Assembly: GCF_009914755.1 (NCBI RefSeq)
Contig: NC_060932.1
Source: the human T2T-CHM13v2.0 reference genome, Homo sapiens
DNA: 64,000 nt
Reading direction: 5' to 3' (one strand)
Positions 1 through 13,955 of this stretch are shown here, one piece after another; within the stretch, counting starts at the first letter, position 1, and every line of letters begins with the position of its first letter. Under the pieces are notes generated by a model that was given only the letters and a program-made list of their open reading frames with translations, was not told the origin of the DNA and made no database searches. A program made the translations under genes and the position numbers.

Positions 1-71
1 TACGATACTGAGTCCTGCCCATGCTCCATCCAGATCTGAACTCCTGAGATGGTGATCATGTATAATCATCT

Positions 72-684
<613 letters not shown>

Positions 685-902
685 TATAATCATCTTTTTG
701 ATCTAGTATCTGTTCTATACGAAGCACTCAAGATTTTTTTTTTTTATTGGAGAAAGTAATTGTAGATTGTCTCTGAAGACCCACTGGAGTTACAGACAGG
801 ATATGTGCAAACGCCTAGGTGGAAGTGTGGGTCCTTCTATGCCTTTCCCTTAGCTTGTGTCATTGCAGGGTCAGACATGGAAAACTGTCATCTTGGGCGT
901 GT

Positions 903-1256
903 ATATGGTTTGGATGTGGCTTGGCTCTGTCCCCACCCAAATCTCACCTTGAATTGTAATCCCCATAATCCCCACTTGTCGAGTTGGGGATCAGGTGGAA
1001 GGCGACTGGATCATCGGGGCAGTTTCCCCCATGCTGTTCTCGTGATAGTGAGTAAGTTCTCATGAGATCTGATGGTTTTATAAGGTGGTTTTCCCTGCTC
1101 TTGCTTGTGCTCTGTGCCTCTTCCCCTTCCACCATGATTGTAAGTTTCATGAGGCCTCCCCAGCCATGCAGGACTATGAGTCAATTAAACCTCTTTCCTT
1201 TACAAATTACCCAGTCTCGGGTAGTTCTTTATATCAGTGTGAGAACAGACTAATGT
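903..1256 (+). mobile_element. THE1/MST-type MaLR solo LTR
   Basis: TATGGTTTGG...CCCCACCCAAATCTCA start, GAGATCTGATGGTTTTATAAG core, GAGAACAGACTAAT end. Confidence 0.88.
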
Positions 1257-1475
1257 AGCATGAGTAAAAGAAAGCCCTTGGGCAGTAGTAAGTGGTACCT
1301 CAGATAGATGCTGACCCTTCCTGCTGATGGTACTGGTTTCTCCTTAGATCAGAATAATGAAGGAAGTGAGAGGGGAGCTGACTGTAAAGATTTCTCAGGT
1401 CAGTTATGAATGTTAGAACACATTGTACCCACGAGACATCTTCTCTTTGCCCCTTGCAGTCAGTGGGTCTCATCA

Positions 1476-2830
1476 CCATTCATCCATTCATTGCCCCACC
1501 ATATGCCAGGTATTAGCTGAACACTGAGGAAAAACCATAAAAATGACACCGTTCCAGTGTTGAAGGAGCTTCCAGTATAGTGGGAGAAGTAAATAGGAGA
1601 GCCAGCCGTCACTATAGAATCTGACAAATGCTAAGATAGGTACCTGCAGGTGCCTAGGGAAGGGTCAGGGAAGCCTTCTCCCATTTGATCTGTAAGCTGA
1701 GGAAGTAAAGGGATAGAAGTGGAGACTAGAGAGAGCCTTGGGGATTTAGGATGCTCTGAATTGTCTGGATCACAGATCTGAGAGGCAGGATGAGGAACTT
1801 AGGCTATTAAGGAAAGCAGCCCAGAACATGAAGTGCCTTTGTGTGCCGTGCTAAGGAATGTGGAAGTGGAACTTTTATCCTAAGGACAAGGGGGACCTGC
1901 TGACAGGTTTTAACAAGGATGATGGTATAGGAAGCTCATTCTGGCCCAGCATGGAGAATGGACCAGAGGAGTGAGGGTCTGTCGCCATTGAGAAGGCTTT
2001 TGCAGGCAGCAAAGGTGATGCTGGGCTAAACTAAGAAATGGTGGCAGGTCTGGAGAGGATGGAATAGAGATGCCAAGAGCAAGCAGGATTCGGTAATCGA
2101 TTGGATGTAGACATGAGGAAGAGGGTAGTATCGAGAACTGCCAGGTTTCTGCCTTGATTCACTGTATGAAATAGAAGAGGGCCACAGAGAGGTAGTGGGC
2201 TTTGGAGGAAAGGAAGAAAATGCCATATTTCAAGTCTGGAGCCCAACAGAGAAAGATCTAGGCTGGAGATTAAAATTTTAGCCAGGTGCAATGGCTTATG
2301 CCTGTAATCCAAGCACTTTGGGAGGCTGAGGCAGGAGGATTGCTCAAACTCAAAAGTTTGAGACCAGCCTGGGCAACATAGGGAGACCTCTGTCTCTACA
2401 AAATATCAGAAAATTAACCAGGTGTGGTGGTGTGTGCCTCTAGTCCCAGTTACTTGGGATGCTGAGGCATTGCTTGAGCCCAGGAGGTCAAGGCTGCAGT
2501 GAGCCGAGCACTGCACTCTGAGCACTGTACTCCGAGCACTGTACAACACAGCAACACCCTGTCTCAAAAATAAATCAATAAACAGAAATAAAAAACAAAA
2601 TATAGGTGTCATCAGAGTCTAGGTGGCAATTGAAGCCAAGGGAGTAGATAAAATCCCGCAGGAAAAGAAAATAACGAGAAAAAAGAAGAGAACTGAGGGT
2701 GGGCCTCTGAGGAAGAAGCAGGCTGAAGGGGGCAGGCCCGTGGTGAAATGCTGGCAGAGGGTGTGGCAAGGACTTCTTTCCTGTGTGCGTGCTCAGGATG
2801 TCCTGGCCTCATGGGGTGCAGAGTGGGGAT
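1476..2830 (-). mobile_element. L2 LINE fragment interrupted by AluJ
   Basis: CATTCATCCATTCATT tail; L2-like GGAGAATGGA, GGCTGGAGAT and GTCATCAG motifs on both sides of the Alu. Confidence 0.65.
2280..2600 (+). mobile_element. AluJ-type
   Basis: Alu consensus with J-type AGGTCAAGGCTGCAGTGAG; A-rich tail. Confidence 0.9.
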
Positions 2831-2983
2831 GAGAGGCGAACTGGGGCTGATTTAGAAAGTGAAAGTGCCAGATAGAGTAGAAAAAAAAATCTCCTCTGGT
2901 GAATATCATTAGTTATTTTCATTACACTAATTACTATGGTTTTAAAGCTCGTTAAAAACATTTTTTTAATCTTAAACTCTATT

Positions 2984-3583
2984 TATGGGGTAAATTGTTT
3001 CTAAAGATGCCCACCACAACCCTTCCTGTCCCATGTAACCTTTTCTGCTGTGACTTTGCCATTTCTGTGTCAAGAGGTAAAGTCTTTTTTCCTACCCCTT
3101 GATTCTGGGCCGGCCCTGCCCTGTGACTTGCTTTGACCGGGAGAATGTGGGGCAGTGCTGTGGGACTTCCATGCCTAGATCTTAAGAAGACTTTGAAGTG
3201 TCTGTGTTTATCCTCTTGGAAACTAGCCACAAGGCAGAGGAGCCCAGGCTAAACTACTGAATAATGAGAGAACATGTGAAAGGAGAACGGCCACATGGAG
3301 AAAACTAAGGCACCCCAACGAACAGCCAGTACCAACACTCCAGCCACGTGACCAGGGCCACCTGGGACCCGCCAGCCCCAGTCACGCAGGCCCAGCTGAC
3401 ACCACATGGAGCAGAGATGAGCCATCCCCACCAAGCCCTGACCCACAGAATCATGAACAATAAATAAAAGAGCAGCCCAGGCATCACTTCCTGCCTCCCC
3501 TCCACTCCACGGTCCCGCTTCTGTCCACAGGAGTGTCATTGGGTTTTGGGGTGGTTTGCTATACTGCAAGAGATAACTGAAAT
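2984..3583 (+). mobile_element. MLT1-type MaLR solo LTR
   Basis: CCTGTGACTTGCTTTGACC core, CTGACCCACAGAATCATGA, and TTTTGGGGTGGTTTGCTA...ATAACTGAAATA terminus. Confidence 0.75.
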
Positions 3584-3784
3584 AGTCCATGTGTGTTTCT
3601 TTCAGTTCTGGAGGGACAGCTACAGTTTTCAAAATACTCATTTTATAAGAGTACTTTTTTTTTCTTTTTTTAAAAAAAAAGAATCTAAAATACCTTGGAG
3701 AAAGCCCCAGGAAGGAGAACTAGAAAAACTAGTAAAGTAGAAAAGGAAAAAAAATCAGAGCAAGGAAGAAATACTTTATTTTTA

Positions 3785-4246
<462 letters not shown>

Positions 4247-5452
4247 TTATTACTTGGTGCAGTAAGAATCTGGAGGTCCTAATGTGGCCCACTGTATAAA
4301 GTCCATGATATAACACTATAGGGATTTATTTTTGTAAAAAAAAAAAATTAAATTCCTCCACTCTCCATTTGCTCTTTTTATCTCCTCAAGAAGTGAGAAG
4401 CCAGTTAAGTGGTTAAGTGGCTCTGCAAGGTTCCAAGTAGCAGTAAAATATAGTTACTTAACATTGTGATTTTTACCAAATGAACACAGCTGCGTTCCCT
4501 TATTTTTTTCTTAACAAAGGTAAAACATACTGATCATTAAAAAAATACAAAAAGGAATAAAAAGATGAAAATCCCTTGTAATCCCACTTCCAGAATTAAC
4601 CTCTACTAACATTTTGATACATATATTTTCAGGCTCTTTACCCTGTCTTCTCACTCCCCTCTGTATATATGTTATAAAACATGCTATCTTGTAACTTGCT
4701 TTTTCTTATTTTACTTAACCTATCAGGAACATCTCTTTGCACATCAATAATTGTAAAGGTAGTGTTCTTACAGCTTCTTAAAAGTAGGACCTTTCATTTT
4801 CTCTGGATAGACCCAGTGACTTTTACCTGTTCCAGTGTCAGAATTCTGGTAATCTTGCCTGGCATCATGGGTGAGAGGAGGGGTGTTGTTTTTCAAAGGC
4901 CAAACATCTTCCAGCTTCTTTGTGGGTTATAATCAAGATTATGATATAAAGCTGTAGAAGGGTAAGCAGTCAGCAAAAGCTATGGCTGATGGTCTCTCTA
5001 TTTAGCACGTGGCATTTTTTTATTGAAATTTTCTGAATGTTGAGACGATCTTCCAGAAGGAGGGCAAGGGTCATGCATGTTCTTCCTTGGGGTTCTTAGC
5101 CCCCACTGCCACCAAGCCTGGCTGTGCAGTGGAGTGCCGTCTTCTCAGGAGAGTCTTCGTTTCACTCCTGAAGACAAGCATATAGGCCCCTTTTGGTTTT
5201 AAGTGCTATGTTGCTACTGATAAAAAAAGTAAAATAAATCCGAGCGTGACATGAACCAACCCAAAACAACAATCAAAAACAGACTGGAGGATGTGATGAA
5301 GGTTCTAGAATCTGAAATGGTCCTTTTACAGGTTAACGAAACCTATGAACTCCTTCTCAGGATAATGCTTTTGAGCTCATAAAATGAAGTTCATAAGATT
5401 ACAAATGAAGCCATTATATTGATAACACATTTATCCAAATATAAAAAACATA

Positions 5453-5748
5453 GGCTGGATGAGGTGGTGCACGTTTGTAATCCCAGCACTTTGGAAGACT
5501 GAGGCAGAAGGCTCACTTGAGCCCAGGAGTTTGAGACCAGTCTGGGCAACATAGGAAGACTCCGTCTCTACAAATAATAAAAAAAAATTAGCCAGGCATA
5601 GTGGCACATGCCTGTAGTCCCAGCTGCTCAGGAGGCTGAGTTGGGAGGATTGCTTGAGCCCGGAAGGTCAAGGCTGCAGTGAGCCATGATGGTGCCACTA
5701 CACTCAAGTGTGGGTGACAAGAGAGACTTTGTCTCTAAAAACTAAAAA
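5453..5748 (+). mobile_element. AluJ-type
   Basis: Full Alu with J-type diagnostics. Confidence 0.93.
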
Positions 5749-5754
5749 TGATTA

Positions 5755-5755
5755 C

Positions 5756-5788
<33 letters not shown>

Positions 5789-5806
5789 TATTCACATACA
5801 TATATA
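5755..5806. repeat. (TA)n(CA)n microsatellite
   Basis: Visible dinucleotide runs. Confidence 0.9.
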
Positions 5807-5837
5807 ATGGTATTTTGGCATTATAGTGCTGCTTTAA

Positions 5838-6165
<328 letters not shown>

Positions 6166-6608
6166 TATTAACACATTTAATAACAAGATCTAGTATGGGA
6201 CTAACAACTGAGGTAATATTGAAGTTATCATGAGCATAAATGAGATTTCAAGGTCTGCATAGTTATGTAATATGGAAATATCTGTGATTTCTCTTAGTGA
6301 CAAAGTCACAGGTCATAGGTCCTGCTGAGCCTAGTGTGGTTTGTTTCCTGTAGTTACAGTAAAGAAAATGCTAGGTGTGGTAAGAGATTAGTGCAAATAA
6401 AAATGTTAAATATTTGTCTCATCCAAGATCACAGACTCCTTGAATTATATCCACAGATGCCTTGGGAGTCTGAGGAACCCCAGATTCAGCACCCCTGCTT
6501 AACCTGCTTTTAAGAAGAAAAAAATGGAACTTGATAAACTTCACTCAAAGGAGAGACCCACTAATAACTCCACACACCTCACACTGAGTGAAGGTCTGGC
6601 TGTCCCTC

Positions 6609-6955
6609 TGTCTTCATCTTTTCAGGCTGCTGTAATAAAATGCTATAAGTGGGTGACTTATAAACAACAGAAATTTATTTCTCACAGTTCTGGAGGCTAG
6701 AATGTTCAAGATCAAGGTGCCAGCAGATTCACTGTTTTATCAGGGCACTCTTTCTCATAGATGGAGCTTTCTCACTGTGCCCTCAGACAGTAGAAGGGAC
6801 AAACAGGTTCCCTTGGGCCTATTTCCTAAGGGCACTAATCCCAGAGCCCGCATGACCTAATCACCTCCCAAAAGGCCCCAGGTCCAAGTACCATCATCTT
6901 GGGAACTAGGATTTGAATCATAAATTTTGGAGGACACAAACATTCAGACCATAGC
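6609..6955 (-). mobile_element. MLT1A-type MaLR solo LTR
   Basis: AACAACAGAAATTTATTTCTCACAGTTCTGGAGGCT, ATGACCTAATCACCTCCCAAA, ACATTCAGACCATAGC. Confidence 0.85.
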
Positions 6956-7229
6956 GTCCTCTGAACTCCTAACTGAGACTTGCAGTGAAGGTAGAGAAGG
7001 ATTGAGGCCGAAAAGCAGTGAGCATTTTTGGTCTCAAGCCAAATTTGCCATATTTCAGGTCTGGAGCCCAACAGAGAAAGATCCTGAGGGCTGCAAGACT
7101 TGCCGGCCTCACCTCCAGTAGGCAGCTGGAGTGAGGAAAAACGAGGCATGGGGTGAAAGGGATAGAAACAAAGTATGACATTGGGGATTAAAAAATCTGT
7201 TTTCATGGGGCTCTTCTGGATATTCTTGG

Positions 7230-7360
7230 GCCAGTTGTTTTAACCTGCTTAGCTTCAGTTTCCTCAACTGCAACATAAGATTTACATAACTATACCTGAG
7301 GAAATCAGGGGTGTTGAGAAGAGTTTAAGTGAGATAATCAATGTGAACATGTTTGGCAAA
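7230..7360 (+). mobile_element. MIR fragment
   Basis: CTTCAGTTTCCTCAACTG core; GTTTAAGTGAGATAAT. Confidence 0.6.
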
Positions 7361-7369
7361 GACTGAAGT

Positions 7370-7536
7370 AGTGCTATTCAAATTGTAATGTGCATAGAAT
7401 CCCTTGGGGATCTTGCTCAAAGCAGGTTCTGATTCAGTGATTCTGGGTTGGGCCCCAACATTCTGCATTTCTACCAAGCAGCATCCCAGGTGATACCTAA
7501 GATGCTACTCTGAGGACCGTACTTTGAGTAGCAGGG
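7370..7536. mobile_element. MER5-type hAT MITE
   Basis: TTCTGATTCAG...TCTGCATTTCTA...ACTTTGAGTAGCA pattern. Confidence 0.7.
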
Positions 7537-7577
7537 TCCAAACTACTCTATAAATGTGCCTTATTATTATTGCCCTC

Positions 7578-8127
<550 letters not shown>

Positions 8128-8399
8128 TGAGATATTTGTGCAAAAAAATAAATATATGCAGAAAATATTTTGCATTTGTAATGCCGAATATCTCACAAAA
8201 TTCCCAGAGAATACAACATATGTTTCATCTTCTGGTTTTTCAAGTAAGATCAATCATTCCTGCACAATTCTTCAAAAGCCCCTTTTCTCATGGTTCTCAT
8301 GAGGTGAAGAGCCTTTGATAGCTCCTGTTGGTTACATTTACTCTAAGCTTCTGTCTAAGAATGACCAGGAGCAGAAAGGTCAGTGCAGCTGAGAATGTG

Positions 8400-9300
8400 G
8401 AAGATATTATAGAACTCTTGGGCACTGTTGGAGGGAGTGTCAACTAGAACCAGTACCACCACTTAGGAAAGCAATCTGGCTTTGTTGAGATGAAGCATGC
8501 ACATATCCTATGACCTGTGAATAACTCTGGAATATATATTTTTTCCGAGGAAGTTCTCCCACAAGTTCATAAGGATGCTCATCATGAAATTGATTGGCGT
8601 AGCTGGATGTTGAAGGCAGCTTAGGTGCTTATCACTAGAGAAAGGGATTAATAAAATATGGCAGATGTAGACTGTTGAATACTAAGTAACAGTAAGAAAT
8701 AACCAACTGGAAGTATACTGCAGCACTATAGATCTTTAAAATCCAGGGGTAGCTGGGAACAGTGGCCCATGCCTGCAATTCCAGCACCTTGAGAGGCTTG
8801 GATGGGAGGATTGCATGAGCCCAGGAGTTTTGAGACCAGCCTAGGCAACACAGTGAGACCCTGTCTCTACAAAAACTAAAAAACAAAAAAAATAGCTGGG
8901 TGTGGTTGCCGATGCCTGTAGTCCCATATACATGGGAGGCTGAGGTGGGAGGATCACTTGAGCCTGGAGACTGAGGCTGTAGTGAGCCAAGATCATATCA
9001 CTGCACTCCAACCTGGGTGACAGAGTGAGACCCTGTCTCAAAAAACAAAAAAACACTGAGGGGTAAGGGAAAAACATAGGAAATAGGAAAGGATATATAG
9101 TACATTATCATTTTTGTAAAGACATCTCACCTAAAATAATATAACTTTTGTAAGACAGCATCCATGCATATATAAAGATATATTAAAGTAGGTGCTGTGG
9201 GGTGAAGGGAATATAATTAGGGTTTAGGGGTATAAAGGAAAAATAAAAAGTAAAATAAGGGAAGAACTTTGTTTGGATTAATGATGAAGTACTTAAAAAC
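8400..9300 (+). mobile_element. Old L1 (L1M) 3' fragment interrupted by Alu
   Basis: CACTGTTGGAGGGAGTGT...CCACTTAGGAAAGCAATCTGGC...CCTATGACC pattern typical of L1M 3' regions. Confidence 0.6.
8751..9054 (+). mobile_element. AluJ-type
   Basis: Full Alu with J-type diagnostics. Confidence 0.92.
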
Positions 9301-9629
9301 TGAGCTTTTAATTCAGATTTCTTCACCTGCAGTAGAAGAACCTTAGAGCAAAATCACCCCTCACCCCACAACCCTCTTCTACCACAATGTGTAAGGGTCT
9401 TCACAGTCCAGCCCTGCATGACCTAAAACAAAGCTAGTTCTCCATCTCGGGTGCCATCTTCCTCACCATTACCTCACAACAGGTCTTGAACTCTTCCTCT
9501 TTGACATTTTTTGGCTAGAGTCAACTTCTTTTCATCTTAGCTTCTTGCTACATCCACCTACAATATGTCCCTAGCAGACAGGGCTGAGTCCCAGTGTGAT
9601 GTGGACAACTTCACACAAAGATGTGTTAG

Positions 9630-9920
9630 GGCCAGGTGCGATGGCTCATGCCTGTGATCCCAGCACATTGGGAGGCCAAGGCAGGGGCATTGCTTCAGTC
9701 CAGGAGTTCAAGACCAGCCTGGGAAACATGGTGAAACTCCATCTCTACAAAAACCACAAAAATTATCCAGGTGTGGTGGCATGCGCCTGTAGTCCCAGAA
9801 GGCTGAAGTGGGAGGATTACTTGAGCCCGGGAGGCAGAAGTTGTAGTGAGCCAAGGTCATCTCACTGCATTCCAGTCTGGGTGACACAGCGAGACCCTGT
9901 CTGGAAAAAAAAAAAAAAAA
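9630..9920 (+). mobile_element. AluJ-type
   Basis: TSD GATGTGTTAG at 9620-9629 and 9922-9931. Confidence 0.93.
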
Positions 9921-10748
9921 GGATGTGTTAGATCAGGGATTTGTCTTCCCTGGGTTTGGTGACACCATTGATTTGACATAGAACCTTAGGAAGTCCCTTC
10001 ATTGTGCTTGTCTCCCCTGTAGCACATTCCACACAGCATGGTCATCTATAATACAGGTATCTCTGTTCTCCATTAGACTGTAAGTTCACGGAGGTTCAGA
10101 ACCTTAGTTACCGATGTCCACTGCCCAGAACTAATCACATAAGAAGCCTGTCTCTAATAATGTTTGAGAAATGAATGGATTCCTCAGTCCCCTAAACCAG
10201 ATGGTGGAACAATTTGGCCTCTAACTAACTTACACATCTAATTCAAAGCTTTAATTGGTTGTAGTTTCAAAGTGCTTGTGTAATGGTCCTAGAATATGCC
10301 ACAAAATAAATATGCAATAACAAGGAGAGTGTTGCCCTAGTTCTGATGTCCTGATGCATAAAGTACCGTGTCCATATCTCCCTTTCCTTCAAGACGCTGA
10401 GACAATGTATGTGTGCTCCAGGAATGACTGGATGAAACAAAAAGAGAGTCTGGATGCCATTAAAATGTTTGACTATTGGATTCCCACGGTTTGGGATGGG
10501 AAGCAGAACTCGGTGAAACTGTAGGTAAGTGCCTGTGCAGGAAAGCAGCGGGTATACCTCACTGGCACCTTGCCTCTTTCAGAAAAATCAAACCTGCCTT
10601 CTGTGCAGTCAGATCTGGTGTGCCCATTACCAGCAGGGTTGGATATGTGCCTGGTTGGCTGGTTTTGGGAAAATCTACATTTTTTCCACCATTGGAGTAA
10701 TAGATACACTCAGCAGCGGCCACATCCACCTCCAGCCAAACTGTACAG

Positions 10749-10815
10749 CACGTGACTCAGCATCCTGGGAATCTCCGGCCTAGCTCGGACTACAGGTGCG
10801 CCCATCCTGATTGGC
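10749..10815. promoter_or_regulatory. Candidate composite element: E-box, ARE/AP-1, NF-kB, CCAAT
   Basis: CACGTG 10749-54 overlapping TGACTCAGCA 10753-62; GGGAATCTCC 10767-76; reverse CCAAT (CTGATTGGC) 10807-15. Confidence 0.4.
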
Positions 10816-11461
10816 ACATTATCCAGGAGGTGGTCAGACCCCCTTGAAATCTGGAGGGAGTATGGCCTGGGAGTGGTGAGGAGCAGGCTGTCATGCCTGT
10901 GGGTAGAGGTCGCAGGTTGTCATAACCAATGTGGATGCAGTGCTCAGTACAAGGCCTTGGGTCTCTGGAACTGGCTTTTCTTGTACTGATCACTTTCTCA
11001 AAAGGAAATGTTAATTTTAAAATGTGCTTTTTCATGACTGCCTTTCTTGGACAAGGTGAAAGGCAGTGGTGAAAAAGCACATTTTAAAGGACAGGACATT
11101 GTTTCACACCCAACTAAGTGGAATGAAAAGACCCTCACAGCCCAGGGGAGAGCAAGTAGGTGGTGAAACGGGTTCATCTAGGGCCTGGCTCTAAGGTCCC
11201 ATCAGCACAGCAGCAGTGGTGTTCAGTTCCAAAAGTCATTTGTGGTCTGCTGGGACTCCGGGTGGCTGGCTTCTGCTGCCTGCTGCTCCAGGATAGAATC
11301 CAAACTCCAAGCATAATGCAGAACATTTCAACTTAAATTTGGGTTATACGGCTGCTGCGGGAACAGTGTTTGTTCCCTGGTGCATTCAGCTTTGAAGGCT
11401 GCCGTCTGTCCAGCTGTAAGCAGGCTGGAAGGACTAGGAACGTGCTGCTTGGAGGTTGTCT

Positions 11462-11716
11462 ACCTCCCCTGTTCCCCACTCCTGGGTCCCCAACCCTCCC
11501 TCTCCTCCCTTCCTCCATCAATCCCTGGTCCCCAGCCCACTTCTCCTCTCCCACTCCTGGGTCCCCAGTCCCTCCACCCTCCTCCACTCCCTTCTCTGTC
11601 CCTGGCCTTCCCTCCCCTCTGATCCTCCTCCTGCTTTCCTGGGTCTCCAGGTTCCCTCCCACCCCACCCCAACCCCGTCCCCACCCAGTCCCCAGCCCTC
11701 CCACCTTCCTCCGCCC
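11462..11716. repeat. C-rich low-complexity tract (G4 potential on minus strand)
   Basis: Many C3-C4 runs; degenerate CCTGGGTCCCCA unit recurs. Confidence 0.8.
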
Positions 11717-11904
11717 ATTGCCTGTGGCCTGAGTTCACAAGACTCCCTTCACCTTTTGGGGCAGTGGGCTTTAACAATTCTTGAGATATAGCAACACTAG
11801 AAAAGGAATAGGATTAACTGGGAGGAAAAAGTGGAAGGATGAGGAAAAGGGCTGTAGTGGAATGTGATATAGGTCCTTTTGCAAGAGCAAAAATTAGGAA
11901 AGAT

Positions 11905-12380
11905 TAGTGTATCTCAACCTTGGCTGCGTGTTAGAATCACTTGAGGTCTTAAAAATCACCACTTCAGGCCAGGCGCAGTGGCTCACGCCCATAATCCTAG
12001 CACTTTGGGAGGCTGAAGCAGGTGGATCACTTGAGGTCAGGAGTTCGAGGCTAGCCTGGCCAACATGGCCAAACCTTGTCTCTACTAAAAATACAAAAAT
12101 TAGCTGGGGGTGATGGCACACACCTGCAATCCTAGCTACTCGGGAGGACGAGGCAGGAGAACCCCTTGAACCTGGAAGGTGGAGGTTGCAGTGAGCCAAC
12201 ATCGCACCACTGTACTCCAGCCTTGGTGACAGAGTGAGACTCCATCTCAAAAAAAAATCCCCACTTCAGCCACATCCAAGACCAATGAAGTGGGTGTCTC
12301 TGGGGGTGACACTCAGACGTGTGTAGTTTTTAGAGTGCTCCAAAGTGATTCCAACGTACAGCCAAGGTCGAGAACCATTG
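11905..12380. mobile_element. MER5-type MITE split by Alu
   Basis: TCTCAACCTTGGCTGCGTGTTAGAATCAC left end; GCCAAGGTCGAGAACCATTG right end. Confidence 0.7.
11967..12256 (+). mobile_element. AluS-type
   Basis: TSD AAAAATC(A/C)CCACTTCA on both flanks. Confidence 0.95.
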
Positions 12381-12752
12381 CTCCAGATTCAGGCAAGACA
12401 TTAAGGAAAGGATGGTGGCTCTCTGTTTGTTTCTGTTTCTTCCTGCTAGTTAGCTAAAGAATTAGGCAATTGTCAGAACGATCACTGGTGCTTGTGCACA
12501 CTCTCTGTCTTCCCACATCTGACGATAATTGCTATCAGGCAAGGACATTTAATATGAATCCACTTAAAAAGAGAATCATGATTTTGTAATCAGTGTGAAA
12601 AATGTTTGATTGGAACTTCCTACTGAGAAATGAAATTAAAAGATTAAAATATATTTTCTTAGTTTAACAAATCTAGGTTATAATTGCAACTATGCATTAA
12701 TTGTTACAAAATGAATTATATGTTAGTTACTTTTCTCAATATTCATTTCCTA

Positions 12753-13117
<365 letters not shown>

Positions 13118-13494
13118 TTAAATTATTTTATTTTGAAGGGCCTATGTGGCACCATCTTTCTCAGCACTCTGCTCTTCAATTGTGAACTGGTTTAAACATG
13201 CCAAATCTTTATTTGTCAATGTCTTTGCTTGAAGTTCAAGCAATTTGCCAATATTACTTTTGTCACCTTCATTAAATCCTGTATCTTTTGCAAGTTTTGC
13301 AGCTTCAGTCTGAAGGCAATTTGCATAATATTTATGTTACATTTGCTGAATTTTTACAAAGGCAAGAGACTGACCCACAGAGACCTAATCAGTGGGGCAG
13401 TAGGTGTTAACCGAAGTGATGTTTTAACCTAGTCATTGGGGTATAGTGTTAGCTGAAGTGATGTTTTTTAATAGGGACCAGTTTTATAAGTGAC

Positions 13495-13955
13495 TAATAT
13501 ATTCACTAATATATGTATTGTGAATATAATATATTCACTAATATATGTATTGTGAATATAATATATTCACTAATATATGTATTGTGAATATAATATATTC
13601 ACTAATATATGTATTGTGAATATAATATTCACTAATATATGTATTGTGAATATAATATATTCACTAATATATGTATTGTGAATATAATATATTCACTAAT
13701 ATGTGTATTGTGAATATAATATATTCACTAATATGTGTATTGTGAATATAATATATTCACTAATATGTGTATTGTGAATATAATATATTCACTAATATGT
13801 GTATTGTGAATATAATATATTCACTAATATGTGTATTGTGAATATAATATATTCACTAATATGTGTATTGTGAATATAATATATTCACTAATATATGTAT
13901 TGTGAATATAATATATTCACTATATAGTCACTAATATATGTATTAGTGAATATTT
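13495..13955. repeat. 32-bp AT-rich minisatellite, about 14 copies
   Basis: Unit ATTCACTAATAT(A/G)TGTATTGTGAATATAATAT starting at 13501, 13533, 13565, 13597, 13627, 13659...13915. Confidence 0.97.

Noticed and set aside
11333-11791. Overlapping Pro/Gly-rich ORFs on both strands
   Set aside because: Artefact of a stop-poor C-rich low-complexity tract
13495-13955. Palindromic 32-bp repeat superficially like a CRISPR array
   Set aside because: Units are contiguous with no unique spacers, there are no cas genes, and the context is primate; it is a minisatellite
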